In this document: positions 8,782 through 19,900 of the stretch, in pieces
Position numbering within the stretch: the stretch's first letter is position 1
Layout of the letters: each line of letters begins with the position of its first letter
Source: Candidatus Magasanikiibacteriota bacterium
GTDB taxonomy: Bacteria; Patescibacteriota; Patescibacteriia; Magasanikbacterales; GWA2-37-8
Assembly (NCBI GenBank): GCA_963802255.1
Contig: CAWDHY010000001.1
Span: 28,728 to 92,727 of the forward strand
DNA: 64,000 nucleotides
Reading direction: 5' to 3'
The notes under the pieces: generated by a model
The model's database searches: none
Seen by the model: the letters and a program-made list of their open reading frames with translations, nothing else
What the model was told of the DNA's origin: nothing
Position numbers and translations under genes: made by a program

Positions 8782-9930
8782 ATGAAAATCGCGTATATTC
8801 ACAGCAATAAAAAAATCGGCACAGGTTCTCATTATATCAACGACCTGATTGTGTCTAAACTGCAAGAATATAATGTGGATGTACAGAGTTTTTATCCGCA
8901 ATTCATCTTAACGGACGCACCGGTGCATTTTAAGGGGCTAAATAATATCCTCTTTTTTTATTCACTGCTTGAAAAACGGGACAAAATATTGAAGTGCGAC
9001 ATAATTCAAGGAACAACATACACGCCTATTGCTTTTATGCGCTTCTCAAAGCCGGTGATATCGCACTTCGGTTCAACAACCATAGGTTTTTTAAAGGCCG
9101 TTCCAAAAACTAACAACATCGAACCGGAATGCGCGGATATTTTTTATGCGCTTAAAAAAGCCGGCGCCATATCTGAAATTAACATTAAAACCAGGCGCCC
9201 GCTGAATGACATCGTAACAATTGAACATTATGCCGCTGAAAAAGCTGACTTTATTATTGCCACTTCAGAAATAGTAAAAGATAATCTGGTTGAAGCCGGA
9301 ATCACGGCATCAAAAATTGAAGTTATTTATAACGCGATTGAAGACTATTGGTTTGATACTCCGAAACAGGATTTTTCCTTAAACCCGTCGCTTGTCTTTT
9401 TGGGCAGAATCGGCGATGACGCGTTCACATTGAAACTAAAAGGTTTAGACCGTTTAATATATTTTTATAAAAAATTTCCGGAAACGCCAAAACTATCAAT
9501 AGTAATGTCCCGCAATAAAAAATTGATTTTATGGATGAAAAATAATATTCAAAATCACCAGGTTGAGTCAAATGTAATAAAAACTGACATACCAAATAAA
9601 TTAGCTAGTCATGAAGGGAGTATCCTGTTGATTACATCCCGCTATGAAGGATTTTCGCTTAGTTTGATTGAGGGAATGTCTCAGGGGCTGGTCCCGGTAA
9701 GCTTCCCAATTGGTGTTGCACCGGAAATTATCCGCAATGGTGAAAATGGCTTTCTTGTTAATGACATTCATGAAGCTGAAGAGAAAATTCGTTGCCTACT
9801 GAACGATACCGACCTTAGAAAAAAAATGTCAAAAAATGCAAAAAATACTTCCCAGAAATTCAGGTCTGACGTATTGGCTCATAAAATGATTGCCTTATAT
9901 AATAATATTTGTCACAGGAAAACAATCTGA
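8782..9930 (+). CDS. Glycosyltransferase family 4 (GT-B)
   Basis: EGFSLSLIEGMSQGLVPV...GENGFLV, an EX7E-type motif. Confidence 0.75.
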   Translation: MKIAYIHSNKKIGTGSHYINDLIVSKLQEYNVDVQSFYPQFILTDAPVHFKGLNNILFFYSLLEKRDKILKCDIIQGTTYTPIAFMRFSKPVISHFGSTTIGFLKAVPKTNNIEPECADIFYALKKAGAISEINIKTRRPLNDIVTIEHYAAEKADFIIATSEIVKDNLVEAGITASKIEVIYNAIEDYWFDTPKQDFSLNPSLVFLGRIGDDAFTLKLKGLDRLIYFYKKFPETPKLSIVMSRNKKLILWMKNNIQNHQVESNVIKTDIPNKLASHEGSILLITSRYEGFSLSLIEGMSQGLVPVSFPIGVAPEIIRNGENGFLVNDIHEAEEKIRCLLNDTDLRKKMSKNAKNTSQKFRSDVLAHKMIALYNNICHRKTI

Positions 9931-9950
9931 AAACTGCATTAACCAATATT

Positions 9951-10193
9951 ATGAGCAAAAAAAATGTTGATGAGATAATCGGCTGGTACGGTACCACTGC
10001 AATCGTTTTGGCATATGCACTCTTGAGTTTTGGCTTTATTGCTTCCGACACTTTAATATACCAAATATTAAATATCACAGGCGCGCTTGGCATTGTGTAT
10101 ATATCTTTTAAAAAGAAAGCCTACCAGCCCGGAATTTTAAACATTATTTGGGTGGTAATCGCTATGATTGCCATAATAAAATTATTTGTGTAA
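9951..10193 (+). CDS. Small three-TM membrane protein
   Basis: About 80 aa from the internal ATG (MSKKNVDEIIGWYGTTAIVLAYALLSF...). Three hydrophobic helices. Confidence 0.4.
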   Translation: MSKKNVDEIIGWYGTTAIVLAYALLSFGFIASDTLIYQILNITGALGIVYISFKKKAYQPGILNIIWVVIAMIAIIKLFV

Positions 10194-10239
10194 AATGCTA
10201 TTAAGTGAGGTAAAATAGTCATAAAGTAATATTTGACAT

Positions 10240-11097
10240 ATGGTCAAAAATACGACAAATATCGGCAAGCATGAATTGGGGGTAGAAAAATTCTATTCAC
10301 ATGGATCAAAAAGACGCTCTCTTGAAGCGGATGGCTTTCTCTCATTTGGCTACTGGGACAAAGATACTGAAGAATACCTGGAGGCGGCTCAAAATTTAGT
10401 AAATTTTTTTCTAAAAGAAGGAGAAATTGAAAACCCGGAAAATGTTCTTAATGTGGCCTGCGGATACAGCGCGGAATCATTTCGTTTTTTTGAAGCCCTT
10501 AAACCGAAAGAAATGCGTTGCATAGATATTACTCAAGCACATATTGATTTTGCTAAAAAAAGAGCTGAACAAAAACATCTTGACGATAAATTAAAATTTG
10601 AAAAGAAAGATGCCTGCAGGACAGGCTACCAAAATGAATTTTTTAGCCATGTTGTCGGTATAGAAGGGCCAGCTCACTTTAATACCAGAACTGATTTTTT
10701 TAAAGAATGCTATCGGGTGCTAAAACATAAAGGTAAATTAATGCTGACCGATATCACTTTTGATCCGGTTGCGGCGAGTAAAAATTATCTGGTAAAAAAA
10801 ATGACTGAATTAGGCTCTCGTCACTGGCACATGCCAAAAGATAACTGGGTAAATGTGGAAAAATATTGCGAACAACTGCGCCAGGCAGGATTTAGAGTGG
10901 AAAAGTGCCTGCGCATAGGTGATAAGGTGTTCCCGGCGTTTGCAAAATATAATACACGGATTAAATCCATGTTGCGAGCTGTTAAAACTCGGGGGATACC
11001 TCTTGGTGTCGGGCTGTCTTTCATCTCATGGCTCCTTGGATACGGCTATAGGCACAAAGTAATTGACTACATTTTTATAAAAGCTGAAAAAATTTAA
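10240..11097 (+). CDS. Class I SAM-dependent methyltransferase
   Basis: Motif I VLNVACGYS. Post-I acidic residue. LKHKGKLMLTDI. Confidence 0.75.
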   Translation: MVKNTTNIGKHELGVEKFYSHGSKRRSLEADGFLSFGYWDKDTEEYLEAAQNLVNFFLKEGEIENPENVLNVACGYSAESFRFFEALKPKEMRCIDITQAHIDFAKKRAEQKHLDDKLKFEKKDACRTGYQNEFFSHVVGIEGPAHFNTRTDFFKECYRVLKHKGKLMLTDITFDPVAASKNYLVKKMTELGSRHWHMPKDNWVNVEKYCEQLRQAGFRVEKCLRIGDKVFPAFAKYNTRIKSMLRAVKTRGIPLGVGLSFISWLLGYGYRHKVIDYIFIKAEKI

Positions 11098-11109
11098 TAG
11101 TATTATATT

Positions 11110-11685
11110 ATGCCAACACTAAAAGGATCTAAAACGGAACAGAATTTGCTTAAATCATTTGCCGGCGAATCACAGGCGAGAAACCGCTACGATTTTTTTG
11201 CCAGTGTCGCCAAAAAAGAAGGGCTGGAGCAAATTAGCGCCATATTCATGGAAACAGCGCTCAACGAGAAAGAGCACGCCAAAAGATTTTTCAAATTCTT
11301 GGAAGGAGGCCCTGCTGAAATTACCGCCACTTATCCGGCTGGGGTTATCGCAAACACTTTAGAAAATTTGAAAGCCGCGGCCGAGGGAGAATTGGAAGAA
11401 TGGAGCAAACTCTACCCGGAATTTGCTAAAGTGGCTGGAGAAGAGGGTTTTATGGATATAGCAGCGACCTATAAAGCTATTGCTAAAGTGGAACAAGCTC
11501 ACGAGAACCGTTACCGCAAACTGTATGAAAATTTGGAGGCCGGCAAAGTGTTTGTACGCGAAGGTGTAATGGTCTGGAAATGCCGAAATTGCGGATATTT
11601 GCATGAAAGTGAAAAAGCTCCGGATAAATGCCCGGCTTGCCAGCACCCGCAAGCATTCTTTGAACTGTTTACGGAAAATTATTAA
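11110..11685 (+). CDS. rbr: Rubrerythrin (diiron domain plus C-terminal rubredoxin-like CxxC...CxxC)
   Basis: ExxH diiron motifs. C-terminal WKCRNCGY...CPACQHP. Confidence 0.9.
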   Translation: MPTLKGSKTEQNLLKSFAGESQARNRYDFFASVAKKEGLEQISAIFMETALNEKEHAKRFFKFLEGGPAEITATYPAGVIANTLENLKAAAEGELEEWSKLYPEFAKVAGEEGFMDIAATYKAIAKVEQAHENRYRKLYENLEAGKVFVREGVMVWKCRNCGYLHESEKAPDKCPACQHPQAFFELFTENY

Positions 11686-11690
11686 TATAA

Positions 11691-11718
11691 AAAGAGCGGC
11701 CTTGCTAGGCCGCTCTTT
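11691..11718. terminator. Bidirectional hairpin terminator between rbr and ruvC
   Basis: AAAGAGCGGCC-ttgcta-GGCCGCTCTTT. Confidence 0.7.
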
Positions 11719-11728
11719 TATTTAAGAA

Positions 11729-12238
11729 TCATTTTCCTTTGATTTTCTTTTTCCAAAGAGACTGGCCGGCGCAAAGTGCCACGGCAAGCGCATCGGCAGC
11801 ATCATCGGATTTTATTTTTTTTGGAACGCGCAAAATCGCAGCAACCATTTTCTGCATCTGCCCTTTTTCAGCTCTTCCATATCCGGTAATTGCCTGCTTT
11901 ACCTGAAGCGGTGTAAACTCATCCACCGGCAAATTATTTTCCACCGCTGTTAAAAGTATTACGCCTCTGGCCTGCCCCACCTTTATTGCTGTCTTCGCGT
12001 TTTTGAAAAAAAACAAATCTTCAACCGCCATTCTGGTTGGGCGGTATTTTTTTATCAAAAAAACCAACTGCTTATGCAAGTCGGCAATTCGATCAACAAA
12101 CACTCCGTTGACCGGTGTTTCAATACACCCATAGGCACGTGGCAGCCAGCCATTAACCCGGTCTTTCTCAATGATACCATAACCAATACGGCCATAACCC
12201 GGGTCAATACCGATGATTATTTCTTTAGCGACAGACAT
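11729..12238 (-). CDS. ruvC: Holliday junction resolvase RuvC
   Basis: IIGIDPGYGRIGYGII N-terminus. 169 aa. Confidence 0.9.
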   Translation of the reverse strand: MSVAKEIIIGIDPGYGRIGYGIIEKDRVNGWLPRAYGCIETPVNGVFVDRIADLHKQLVFLIKKYRPTRMAVEDLFFFKNAKTAIKVGQARGVILLTAVENNLPVDEFTPLQVKQAITGYGRAEKGQMQKMVAAILRVPKKIKSDDAADALAVALCAGQSLWKKKIKGK

Positions 12239-12262
12239 ATATTAATTTACAGACAATTATAC

Positions 12263-12994
12263 TTAATCGGCGTTTGTATACCAATCCTCAATATCATCGT
12301 TGGATTCAAACTTACCAAATAAATTTTCCAATTTTCCCTGCAATTCCGGGTCTGCAATAATCTTATCCTTTGCTTCCCAAATTAATCCGGAATCTCTCGG
12401 TTCAATGTTCATTTCTTTAAGTTTGTCTAAAACTTTTTTAAAATTTTCAACTTTTGATTTAATATCAACAACACCTTCATCCCCAATCTCAATTTCCTCC
12501 GCTCCGGCATCAATCATTAATAATTCAAAATTATCCCGACTCATTGTTGCAACCTGTTCGTTCATAATTTGCGCCCACCCGAACTGATTGAACATCCAAA
12601 GAACTGATCCGGAACTCCCGAGTGAGCCTCCACTATCAGAAAGAATATGTTTTACGTCTTGTACCGTGCGATTTTTGTTATCTGTGACGGTTTTGATAAG
12701 CAAAGCCACACCTGAGGGACCATATCCTTCATATAAAATTTCTTCCATCCGGACGCCATCTCCGGATTCACCTGTTCCCTTTTTTATGGCGCGTTCAATA
12801 TTATCCTTTGGCATACCCGCGGATTTGGCTTTTTCAATCGCCAAACGCAGAGAAAAATTCATAGCAGGATCACCCCCGCCTTTACCGGCGGCGACAGTGA
12901 GTATTTTTGCGACCTTGGTAAACATGTTGCTTCGCACAGCGTCTTGTTTGCCCTTGCGCCCCTGTATATTGTGCCATTTACTATGCCCGCTCAT
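12263..12994 (-). CDS. yebC: YebC/PmpR family DNA-binding regulator
   Basis: MSGHSKWHNIQGRKGKQDAVRSNMFTKV. Sits upstream of ruvC as in the canonical operon. Confidence 0.9.
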   Translation of the reverse strand: MSGHSKWHNIQGRKGKQDAVRSNMFTKVAKILTVAAGKGGGDPAMNFSLRLAIEKAKSAGMPKDNIERAIKKGTGESGDGVRMEEILYEGYGPSGVALLIKTVTDNKNRTVQDVKHILSDSGGSLGSSGSVLWMFNQFGWAQIMNEQVATMSRDNFELLMIDAGAEEIEIGDEGVVDIKSKVENFKKVLDKLKEMNIEPRDSGLIWEAKDKIIADPELQGKLENLFGKFESNDDIEDWYTNAD

Positions 12995-13101
12995 AATTTT
13001 ATTTATGATTTACTATGCATGTTTGTTTTATATTACTTTGAAAACGTTCAAAAATCAAGCAAAAAAACCGCCGGCTCAATGCCGACGGCTTTTTTTTCAT
13101 T

Positions 13102-16100
13102 TTATCGCTTAAAGCCAGTACCGGAGGGAATCAGCCGGCCGATAATCACGTTTTCTTTCAGACCTTCCAAATAATCAATCTTACCGGTAATAGCAGTGTT
13201 GATAAGCACACGAGCTGTCTCCTGGAACGAAGCGGCTGAAAGGAAGCTTTGAGTTGAGAGCGAAACACGAGAAATGCCGAGCAATAATTCACGGGCGGTC
13301 GCTTCCTTACCTCCATCTTTGCGCGCTACGCGATTCGAAAATTCCAATTGTGCTTTCTCCACGACTTCACCCGGAAGCAAATCAGTATCACCGGCATCTT
13401 CAACATAAACACGGCTGAACATTTGTTTTATAACAAGCTCCATGTGTTTATCATTAACTTTCTGGCCTTGGGAAGAATAGATGTTCTGTGTTTCTTCAAG
13501 CACATAGCGTTGTACAGCGGCACGTCCTTTTAAGTCAAACAGTTCATGCAAATTTACCGAGCCATCTGTGAGTTGGGTACCTTTTTCCACCTTATCGCCA
13601 TTTTTAACATACATCTTATATCCGAGCGGAATAATATATTCACGCACCTTCGGACCATTATACGACAAAGTCATGGTACTCTTCCCCACCTTTACTTGGC
13701 TTGGATATTTAGCTTTTACTTCGTCGCCTGAAGAACCACGCACAACCAGAACAGCATCAGAATCAACCATTTCCCCATCTTTAACCAACACTTCATCTTC
13801 GGCGGCGAATTTTATTTTTGTTTCATCCATGCCTTCAAAGTGAATCCTGATAATTTTTTGACCGCGACGGCCTTCAAATATTTTCTTGCCGGATGGCGAA
13901 GTAATAATTTTCCCATCGGCATCTTCAATTTCAATTGTACCGTCAACATCAGCTAAAAATGCCTGATGTTTTGGATTGCGGCACTCAAAAAGCTCTTCAA
14001 CGCGAGGTAAGCCTTGAGTGATATCAGAACCCGCTATACCGCCGGTGTGGAAAGTGCGCAGAGTAAGCTGGGTGCCCGGCTCGCCAATTGATTGGGCGGC
14101 GATAATGCCTACGGCAGTGCCCAATTCCGCCGGTTTATTGTAAGACAAGTCAAAACCATAGCACTTCTGACAAACACCTTTCGGTAATTTACACTGTAAT
14201 ACACTTCTTACATGCACTGACTTGACATCACTGTCATCAATTGCTCTGGCGGCTTTTTCATCAATCACCTCACCTGACTTTACTAAAATTTTATTGCCGG
14301 CTTTAATATCTTCCAAAGCATAACGGCCCCAGATGCGGTCTGATAATTTTTCACCCATTTCTTGCGACTGTTCGGCGGTAAATATTTCACCGATATTATC
14401 TCCGCAATCTTCTTCCAATACTACAACGTCCTGTGCAACATCCACTAAGCGTCGGGTTAGATAACCGGCGCCAGAGGTTCGCAGGGCGGTATCAGACAAA
14501 CCTTTTCTCGTACCATGAGAAGAAATAAAGTATTCAATTGCGGAAAAGCCCTCTTTAAAGTTGCCTTTAACCGGCAATTCAATAACATCGCCCGAAGGTG
14601 AAGCCACCGGACCTTTCATACCGATAACCTGGCCTAGCTGACCCCAAGAACCTCGCGCTCCCGATTCAATCATGGCGAATACCGGTCCATTCTCATCCAA
14701 AATATCTTTTGTGCCGGTGACTACCTTATCTTTCGTTTCCGCCCAAATTTCAATAATTTTCTGATGTCGTTCGGCCTGAGTTAAAAGACCATCCTGATAT
14801 TGTTCTTCAACCAGTTGGACTCTACCGTCCGCTTCTTTGACTATCGGATCTTTTTCCACAATTTTCGGAAAGTCATCCATGCCCAACGAGTACGCCGCTT
14901 TTGTGGCGTAACGGAAACCAAGATTTTTTAAATCATCTAAAAACAAGGCTGTTTTTTCCTGGCCATAGTATTCCAGATGCAGAGAAATAATCTTACCAAG
15001 TTTCTTTTTATTAATCAGCTCATTGTAATATGGCATCTTATCAGGCATAACGGAGTTAAAGAGCAGGCGTCCGATAGATGTCTCAACGATTGCCCCCTGA
15101 TCTTCGGTAAACTTTGACAAATCGGTAAAACGAACTTTTATTTGTTGATGCAAGGTTATAACCCGGCTCTTGTACGCCAACACCGCTTCTTTCTCGGTTG
15201 AAAATGCCATCACTGCCTTTGATGCTTTTTCATCAGCTCGAGTGAGATAAAAACAACCAAGGACGATATCCTGACTTGGCGCAATAACAGGAGCGCCTGT
15301 TGCCGGTTTTAAAATATTCTTTTCAGCCGCCATCAGATTGTCAGCTTCCCATCGGGCCTCTTTTGATAAAGGCAGATGCACAGCCATCTGATCGCCGTCA
15401 AAGTCAGCATTAAACGCAGTACAAACGAGAGGATGCAATTGAATGGCATTGCCTTCAATCATCCTTGGGTGAAATGCTTGAATTCCAAGACGATGAAGAG
15501 TCGGCGCACGATTCAAAAGTACGCGAGTAGTTTGAGTTAATCCTTCCAATATGTCCCAAACTTCATCACGTTCCGATTCAATAAACCGTCCGGCGGAGCG
15601 GACATTATGAGCCAATTCTCGTTTAATAATTTCAGCCATAATAAATGGCTTGAAAAGCTCCAGCGCCATGCGCTTCGGCAAACCACATTCATCGATATTA
15701 AGATTCGGCCCCACAACAATAACTGAACGCCCGGAATAGTCCACACGCTTCCCAAGAAGATTCTGACGAAATCGTCCTTGTTTGCCTTTCAATATGTCGG
15801 CCAGGGATCGTAATTGCCTCTTCTGTCCGGTTGATGCTGTGACTGTTTTGGCGTGACGGGCATTATTATCTATTAATGCATCAACCGCCTCCTGCAACAT
15901 ACGCTTTTCATTACGGCAAATTACTTCAGGGGCGTTGAGTTCAATCAGTCGGGTCAAGCGATTATTGCGGTTAATCACGCGACGATACAAATCATTCAGA
16001 TCAGAAGTGGCAAAACGTCCGCCATCCAGCGCCACCATTGGACGCAAGTCCGGTGGAATTACCGGTATGCATTTCATTACCATCCATTCCGGACGAATTT

Positions 16101-16971
16101 TATTCATTGACAAGCTCTTCAGGAGTTTTTTCCGACGAATTATTCTTTCTAACTTTGCTCCTTTAACACTCGCCTGCTCCTCGGTCATGAGCTTCATTGT
16201 TTCATCAAGGTTAACGCGCGCCAGAAGTTCAAAAATAGCCTCGGCACCTATGCCAGCTTCAAATAAATGGCCATAGCGCAAAGATAATTCCTGGTATTTA
16301 TTTTCGGATATAATGTGCATCACACTTAATTCGCGCAATTCTTTTTCAGCAGCCTGAAAATCCGCTTCCAATGCTTTGGTTTTCCGGTCGCTTTCTTCGC
16401 GAATTTTGTCCATCGCGGCCGCTGTTACCTTCTTTTCATTGGCTTGCTTAATCTCATTATTATACTCATTTTCTATCTGTTTCTTTTTGCTCTTAAATTC
16501 CTGGCGGAGAAGATCAAAAGTTTGTTTCTTTCCTGCTTCATCCACTTTCGTAATAATAAATGAAGCGAAATAAATTACTTTTTCCAAAGCTTGGGCGGAA
16601 AGATCCAAAACGAGGCCAATTTTACTCGGCACAGAACGCAAAAACCAAATATGCGCAACAGGCGTAGCCAGCTCGATATGGCCCATTCGCTCGCGTCGGA
16701 CAAGAGATGTGGTAACTTCCACGCCGCACTTATCGCAGACAATGCCTTTATAGCGAATTTTTTTGTATTTTCCGCAATAACACTCCCAATCCTTTGTCGG
16801 GCCAAATATTTCTTCTGCAAACAAACCGCCTTTTTCCGGTTTTTGCGTACGGTAATTTATTGTTTCAGGCTTACGCACTTCTCCATATGACCAACCGCGA
16901 ATAATTTCCGGCGAAGCAATTTTAAGCCGGATCGCGTCGAAGTCTAAAGTGCTTTGAACATCTCTATACAT
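13102..16971 (-). CDS. rpoC: DNA-directed RNA polymerase subunit beta'
   Basis: Zn-finger CYCGKYKKIRYKGIVCDKCG. NADFDGDQM catalytic motif. 1289 aa. Confidence 0.97.
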   Translation of the reverse strand: MYRDVQSTLDFDAIRLKIASPEIIRGWSYGEVRKPETINYRTQKPEKGGLFAEEIFGPTKDWECYCGKYKKIRYKGIVCDKCGVEVTTSLVRRERMGHIELATPVAHIWFLRSVPSKIGLVLDLSAQALEKVIYFASFIITKVDEAGKKQTFDLLRQEFKSKKKQIENEYNNEIKQANEKKVTAAAMDKIREESDRKTKALEADFQAAEKELRELSVMHIISENKYQELSLRYGHLFEAGIGAEAIFELLARVNLDETMKLMTEEQASVKGAKLERIIRRKKLLKSLSMNKIRPEWMVMKCIPVIPPDLRPMVALDGGRFATSDLNDLYRRVINRNNRLTRLIELNAPEVICRNEKRMLQEAVDALIDNNARHAKTVTASTGQKRQLRSLADILKGKQGRFRQNLLGKRVDYSGRSVIVVGPNLNIDECGLPKRMALELFKPFIMAEIIKRELAHNVRSAGRFIESERDEVWDILEGLTQTTRVLLNRAPTLHRLGIQAFHPRMIEGNAIQLHPLVCTAFNADFDGDQMAVHLPLSKEARWEADNLMAAEKNILKPATGAPVIAPSQDIVLGCFYLTRADEKASKAVMAFSTEKEAVLAYKSRVITLHQQIKVRFTDLSKFTEDQGAIVETSIGRLLFNSVMPDKMPYYNELINKKKLGKIISLHLEYYGQEKTALFLDDLKNLGFRYATKAAYSLGMDDFPKIVEKDPIVKEADGRVQLVEEQYQDGLLTQAERHQKIIEIWAETKDKVVTGTKDILDENGPVFAMIESGARGSWGQLGQVIGMKGPVASPSGDVIELPVKGNFKEGFSAIEYFISSHGTRKGLSDTALRTSGAGYLTRRLVDVAQDVVVLEEDCGDNIGEIFTAEQSQEMGEKLSDRIWGRYALEDIKAGNKILVKSGEVIDEKAARAIDDSDVKSVHVRSVLQCKLPKGVCQKCYGFDLSYNKPAELGTAVGIIAAQSIGEPGTQLTLRTFHTGGIAGSDITQGLPRVEELFECRNPKHQAFLADVDGTIEIEDADGKIITSPSGKKIFEGRRGQKIIRIHFEGMDETKIKFAAEDEVLVKDGEMVDSDAVLVVRGSSGDEVKAKYPSQVKVGKSTMTLSYNGPKVREYIIPLGYKMYVKNGDKVEKGTQLTDGSVNLHELFDLKGRAAVQRYVLEETQNIYSSQGQKVNDKHMELVIKQMFSRVYVEDAGDTDLLPGEVVEKAQLEFSNRVARKDGGKEATARELLLGISRVSLSTQSFLSAASFQETARVLINTAITGKIDYLEGLKENVIIGRLIPSGTGFKR

Positions 16972-16997
16972 ATAATTATTGTTTTGGTTAATGTAAA

Positions 16998-19900
16998 TTA
17001 TTCAACCACTTCAGCTTTCTCCGTTTTCACCGGCGCTTCGACCTCTTTCGGCGCCTCAGACGGTTCATTTTTTACAGGTGCATAATTTCCAACATTATCC
17101 CTCTTTAAGAGTTCAACATCCAAACCCAAACCTTTAAGCTCTCGGACAAGAACGTTGAATGATTCAGGAACATTCACTACTTTAATATCCTCACCTTTGA
17201 TTATTGCTTCATACGCCTTGGAACGGCCGGGTACATCATCCGATTTAATAGTCAAAATTTCCTGCAACACATGTGCCGCACCGTATGCCTCAATTGCCCA
17301 GACTTCCATTTCACCAAAACGCTGCCCGCCTGATTGGGCGCGCCCGCCAAGCGGCTGTTGAGTGATGAGAGAATACGGACCAATTGAACGCTGATGTATT
17401 TTATCTTCAACCATGTGGTTGAGTTTTAGCATGTAGTTGTAGCCGACGGTAACCTTATGATCAAATGCCTCACCGGTACGACCGTCGAAAAGAGCCGACT
17501 GACCGTCAAGCGGAAAACCCGCTTTGCCCAACTCAGATTTAATTTGCTCTTCAGTTACACCATTAAATGCCGGCGTAGCTACTTTGTAGCCGAGCTCATT
17601 AGCAGCTAAGCCCATATGATTTTCCAAAATCTGTCCTAAATTCATACGGGAGATAACGCCGAGCGGTGAAAGGATAATATCAACCGGAGTGCCATCTTCC
17701 AAAAACGGCATGTCTTCCACCGGCACTACACGGGAGATAACGCCCTTGTTTCCATGACGGCCGGACATTTTATCGCCAACCTGCACTTTCCGCATGTCAG
17801 CGACACGGACGCGGACTTGTTTTATCACACCAGGCTCAAGTTTGTCGCCGTTCTCGGCGCAAAAAACTTGCACATCAATCACCTTGCCGTGTTCGCCATG
17901 CTCAAGATATAAAGAAGAATCCCGGACATCACGCGCTTTCTCCCCAAAAATGGCACGCAATAATTTTTCTTCCGCACTTAATTCAGTTTCTCCTTTTGGC
18001 GTGATTTTACCGACCAAAATATCGCCGGACTTAACTTCAGCGCCAATTCTTACGATACCTTCAGCATCAAGATTTTTTAATTTTTCTTCTGAAACATTCG
18101 GAATGTCGGAAGTAACCAATTCGGGCCCGAGTTTTGTCTCGCGAATATCGACGGTATAGTCTTCAATATTAATAGAGGTATACCGGTCCTTCTTCATGAT
18201 GCGATCGGATAAAATGACCGCGTCTTCGTAGTTAAAGCCATCCCATATCATGTATGCGACAAGAACATTTTGCCCGAGAGCTAATTCTCCGTCTTTGATA
18301 CACGGGCCGTCAGTAAGCGCTTGTCCTTTTTTTACCTTTTCACCAATACTCACAACCGGATGCTGATTTACACATGTTGCCGCATTTGAACGCAAGAATT
18401 TTTTAAGCAGAAATTTATATATTTGACCTTTCTTGTCAGTTAAAACAATGTGGCTGCCGTTCAATTCGGTAATTTCTCCTTCAACCGGGGCTTTGATAAT
18501 ATAGCCGGAATTTTCCGCCGCAGCGCGTTCAACGCCCGTACCGACTAAAGGAGGCTCAGGCTTAATACATGGCACTGCTTGGCGCTGCATGTTTGTACCC
18601 ATGAGAGCGCGGGTAGCGTCATCATGTTCTAAAAACGGAATGCACGCTGTCGCAACTGAAATAATCTGATTTGAAGACACGTCAACATAATCAACTTCAC
18701 TGGAGGAAACAACACCCGGTTTTCCAAGGATGCGCGCTGAAACTAATTCCTCGGTAAAATATCCTTTCTCATCAACATGAGTAGTGGCCGGAGCAGTAAC
18801 GGATTTTTCTTCGCGAAAAGAATTCAAATATACAATTTCTCCTGTCAGCCGGGATTTCACCGGAATAAATTTTTCTTTTGACGAACTCAATTTCTTAGCA
18901 ACATCTTTTGTAATTTGAGTTCCATCTTTATATCCGCCGATATTGCCCCGTAAAATTTCACCTTCAGTTAGAGAGGCATCATTTGCCACTTCTTTCAAAA
19001 CTTTTCTATAAGGTGTTTCAATAAAACCAAACTCATTCACGCGGGCAAAACTGGCAAGGTGGTTGACCAAACCGATATTCGGGCCTTCCGGAGTGGCAAT
19101 CGGACAAATGCGCCCGTAATGAGTATTGTGCACATCGCGCACTTCAAAACCGGCTCGGTCGCGTGACAATCCTCCCGGACCAAGAGCTGATAAACGGCGC
19201 TTATGTTCGAGCTCGGACAAAACATTAATTTGATCCATGAATTGCGACAACTGCGAACTCATGAAAAATTCCTTAATGGCGGAAATAACCGGCCTGGCGT
19301 TTATCAATTTATTTGGTGTCAGCTGTTCGACTTCATATGTACTCATACGGTCCTTCACCACGCGTTCCATTCTGGCCAAACCAACCCTGAAACGATTTTG
19401 CACTAACTCACCTACCGCGCGAATGCGGCGGTTACCCAAGTGATCAATATCATCCGGATCTTCCTGTGTTGAATTCAGGCGAATAATTTCTTTTACGACA
19501 AGCAATAATTTTTCCGGAGAAAAAACACGGTTCTCTTTTTTCTGATAGTCCTCAGATGATAAACTAAGGTCAAATTTTGTATCGAATTTATATACGCCGA
19601 CCGGAGATAAATCATAACGGTCAAAATTAAAAAACATGGCGTAGATAAGCGATTTAGCGTTATCCGCCGTAGCCAAGTCGCCCGGACGAATTTTTTTATA
19701 AACTTCAATTAAGCCCTCATCTGTATTTTTTGCTAAATCTTTTGCCAACGTTGACTCAACGTAATCAACATGCGGATTCACATTTGCGTCTTTCAATGCC
19801 TCCCTCAATTTGTCGTCGCTGTCATAACCAAATGCCCTAAGAAGAGAAGTAACGGCAACTTTTCTCTTGCGGTCAATCTTTACCCATAACACGTTATTCA

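Noticed and set aside
12588-13112. 174-aa plus-strand ORF antisense to yebC, and other long ORFs antisense to rpoC, rpoB, recA, hppA and the radical SAM genes.
   Set aside because: Low-complexity antisense reading frames inside well-supported genes. No start context.
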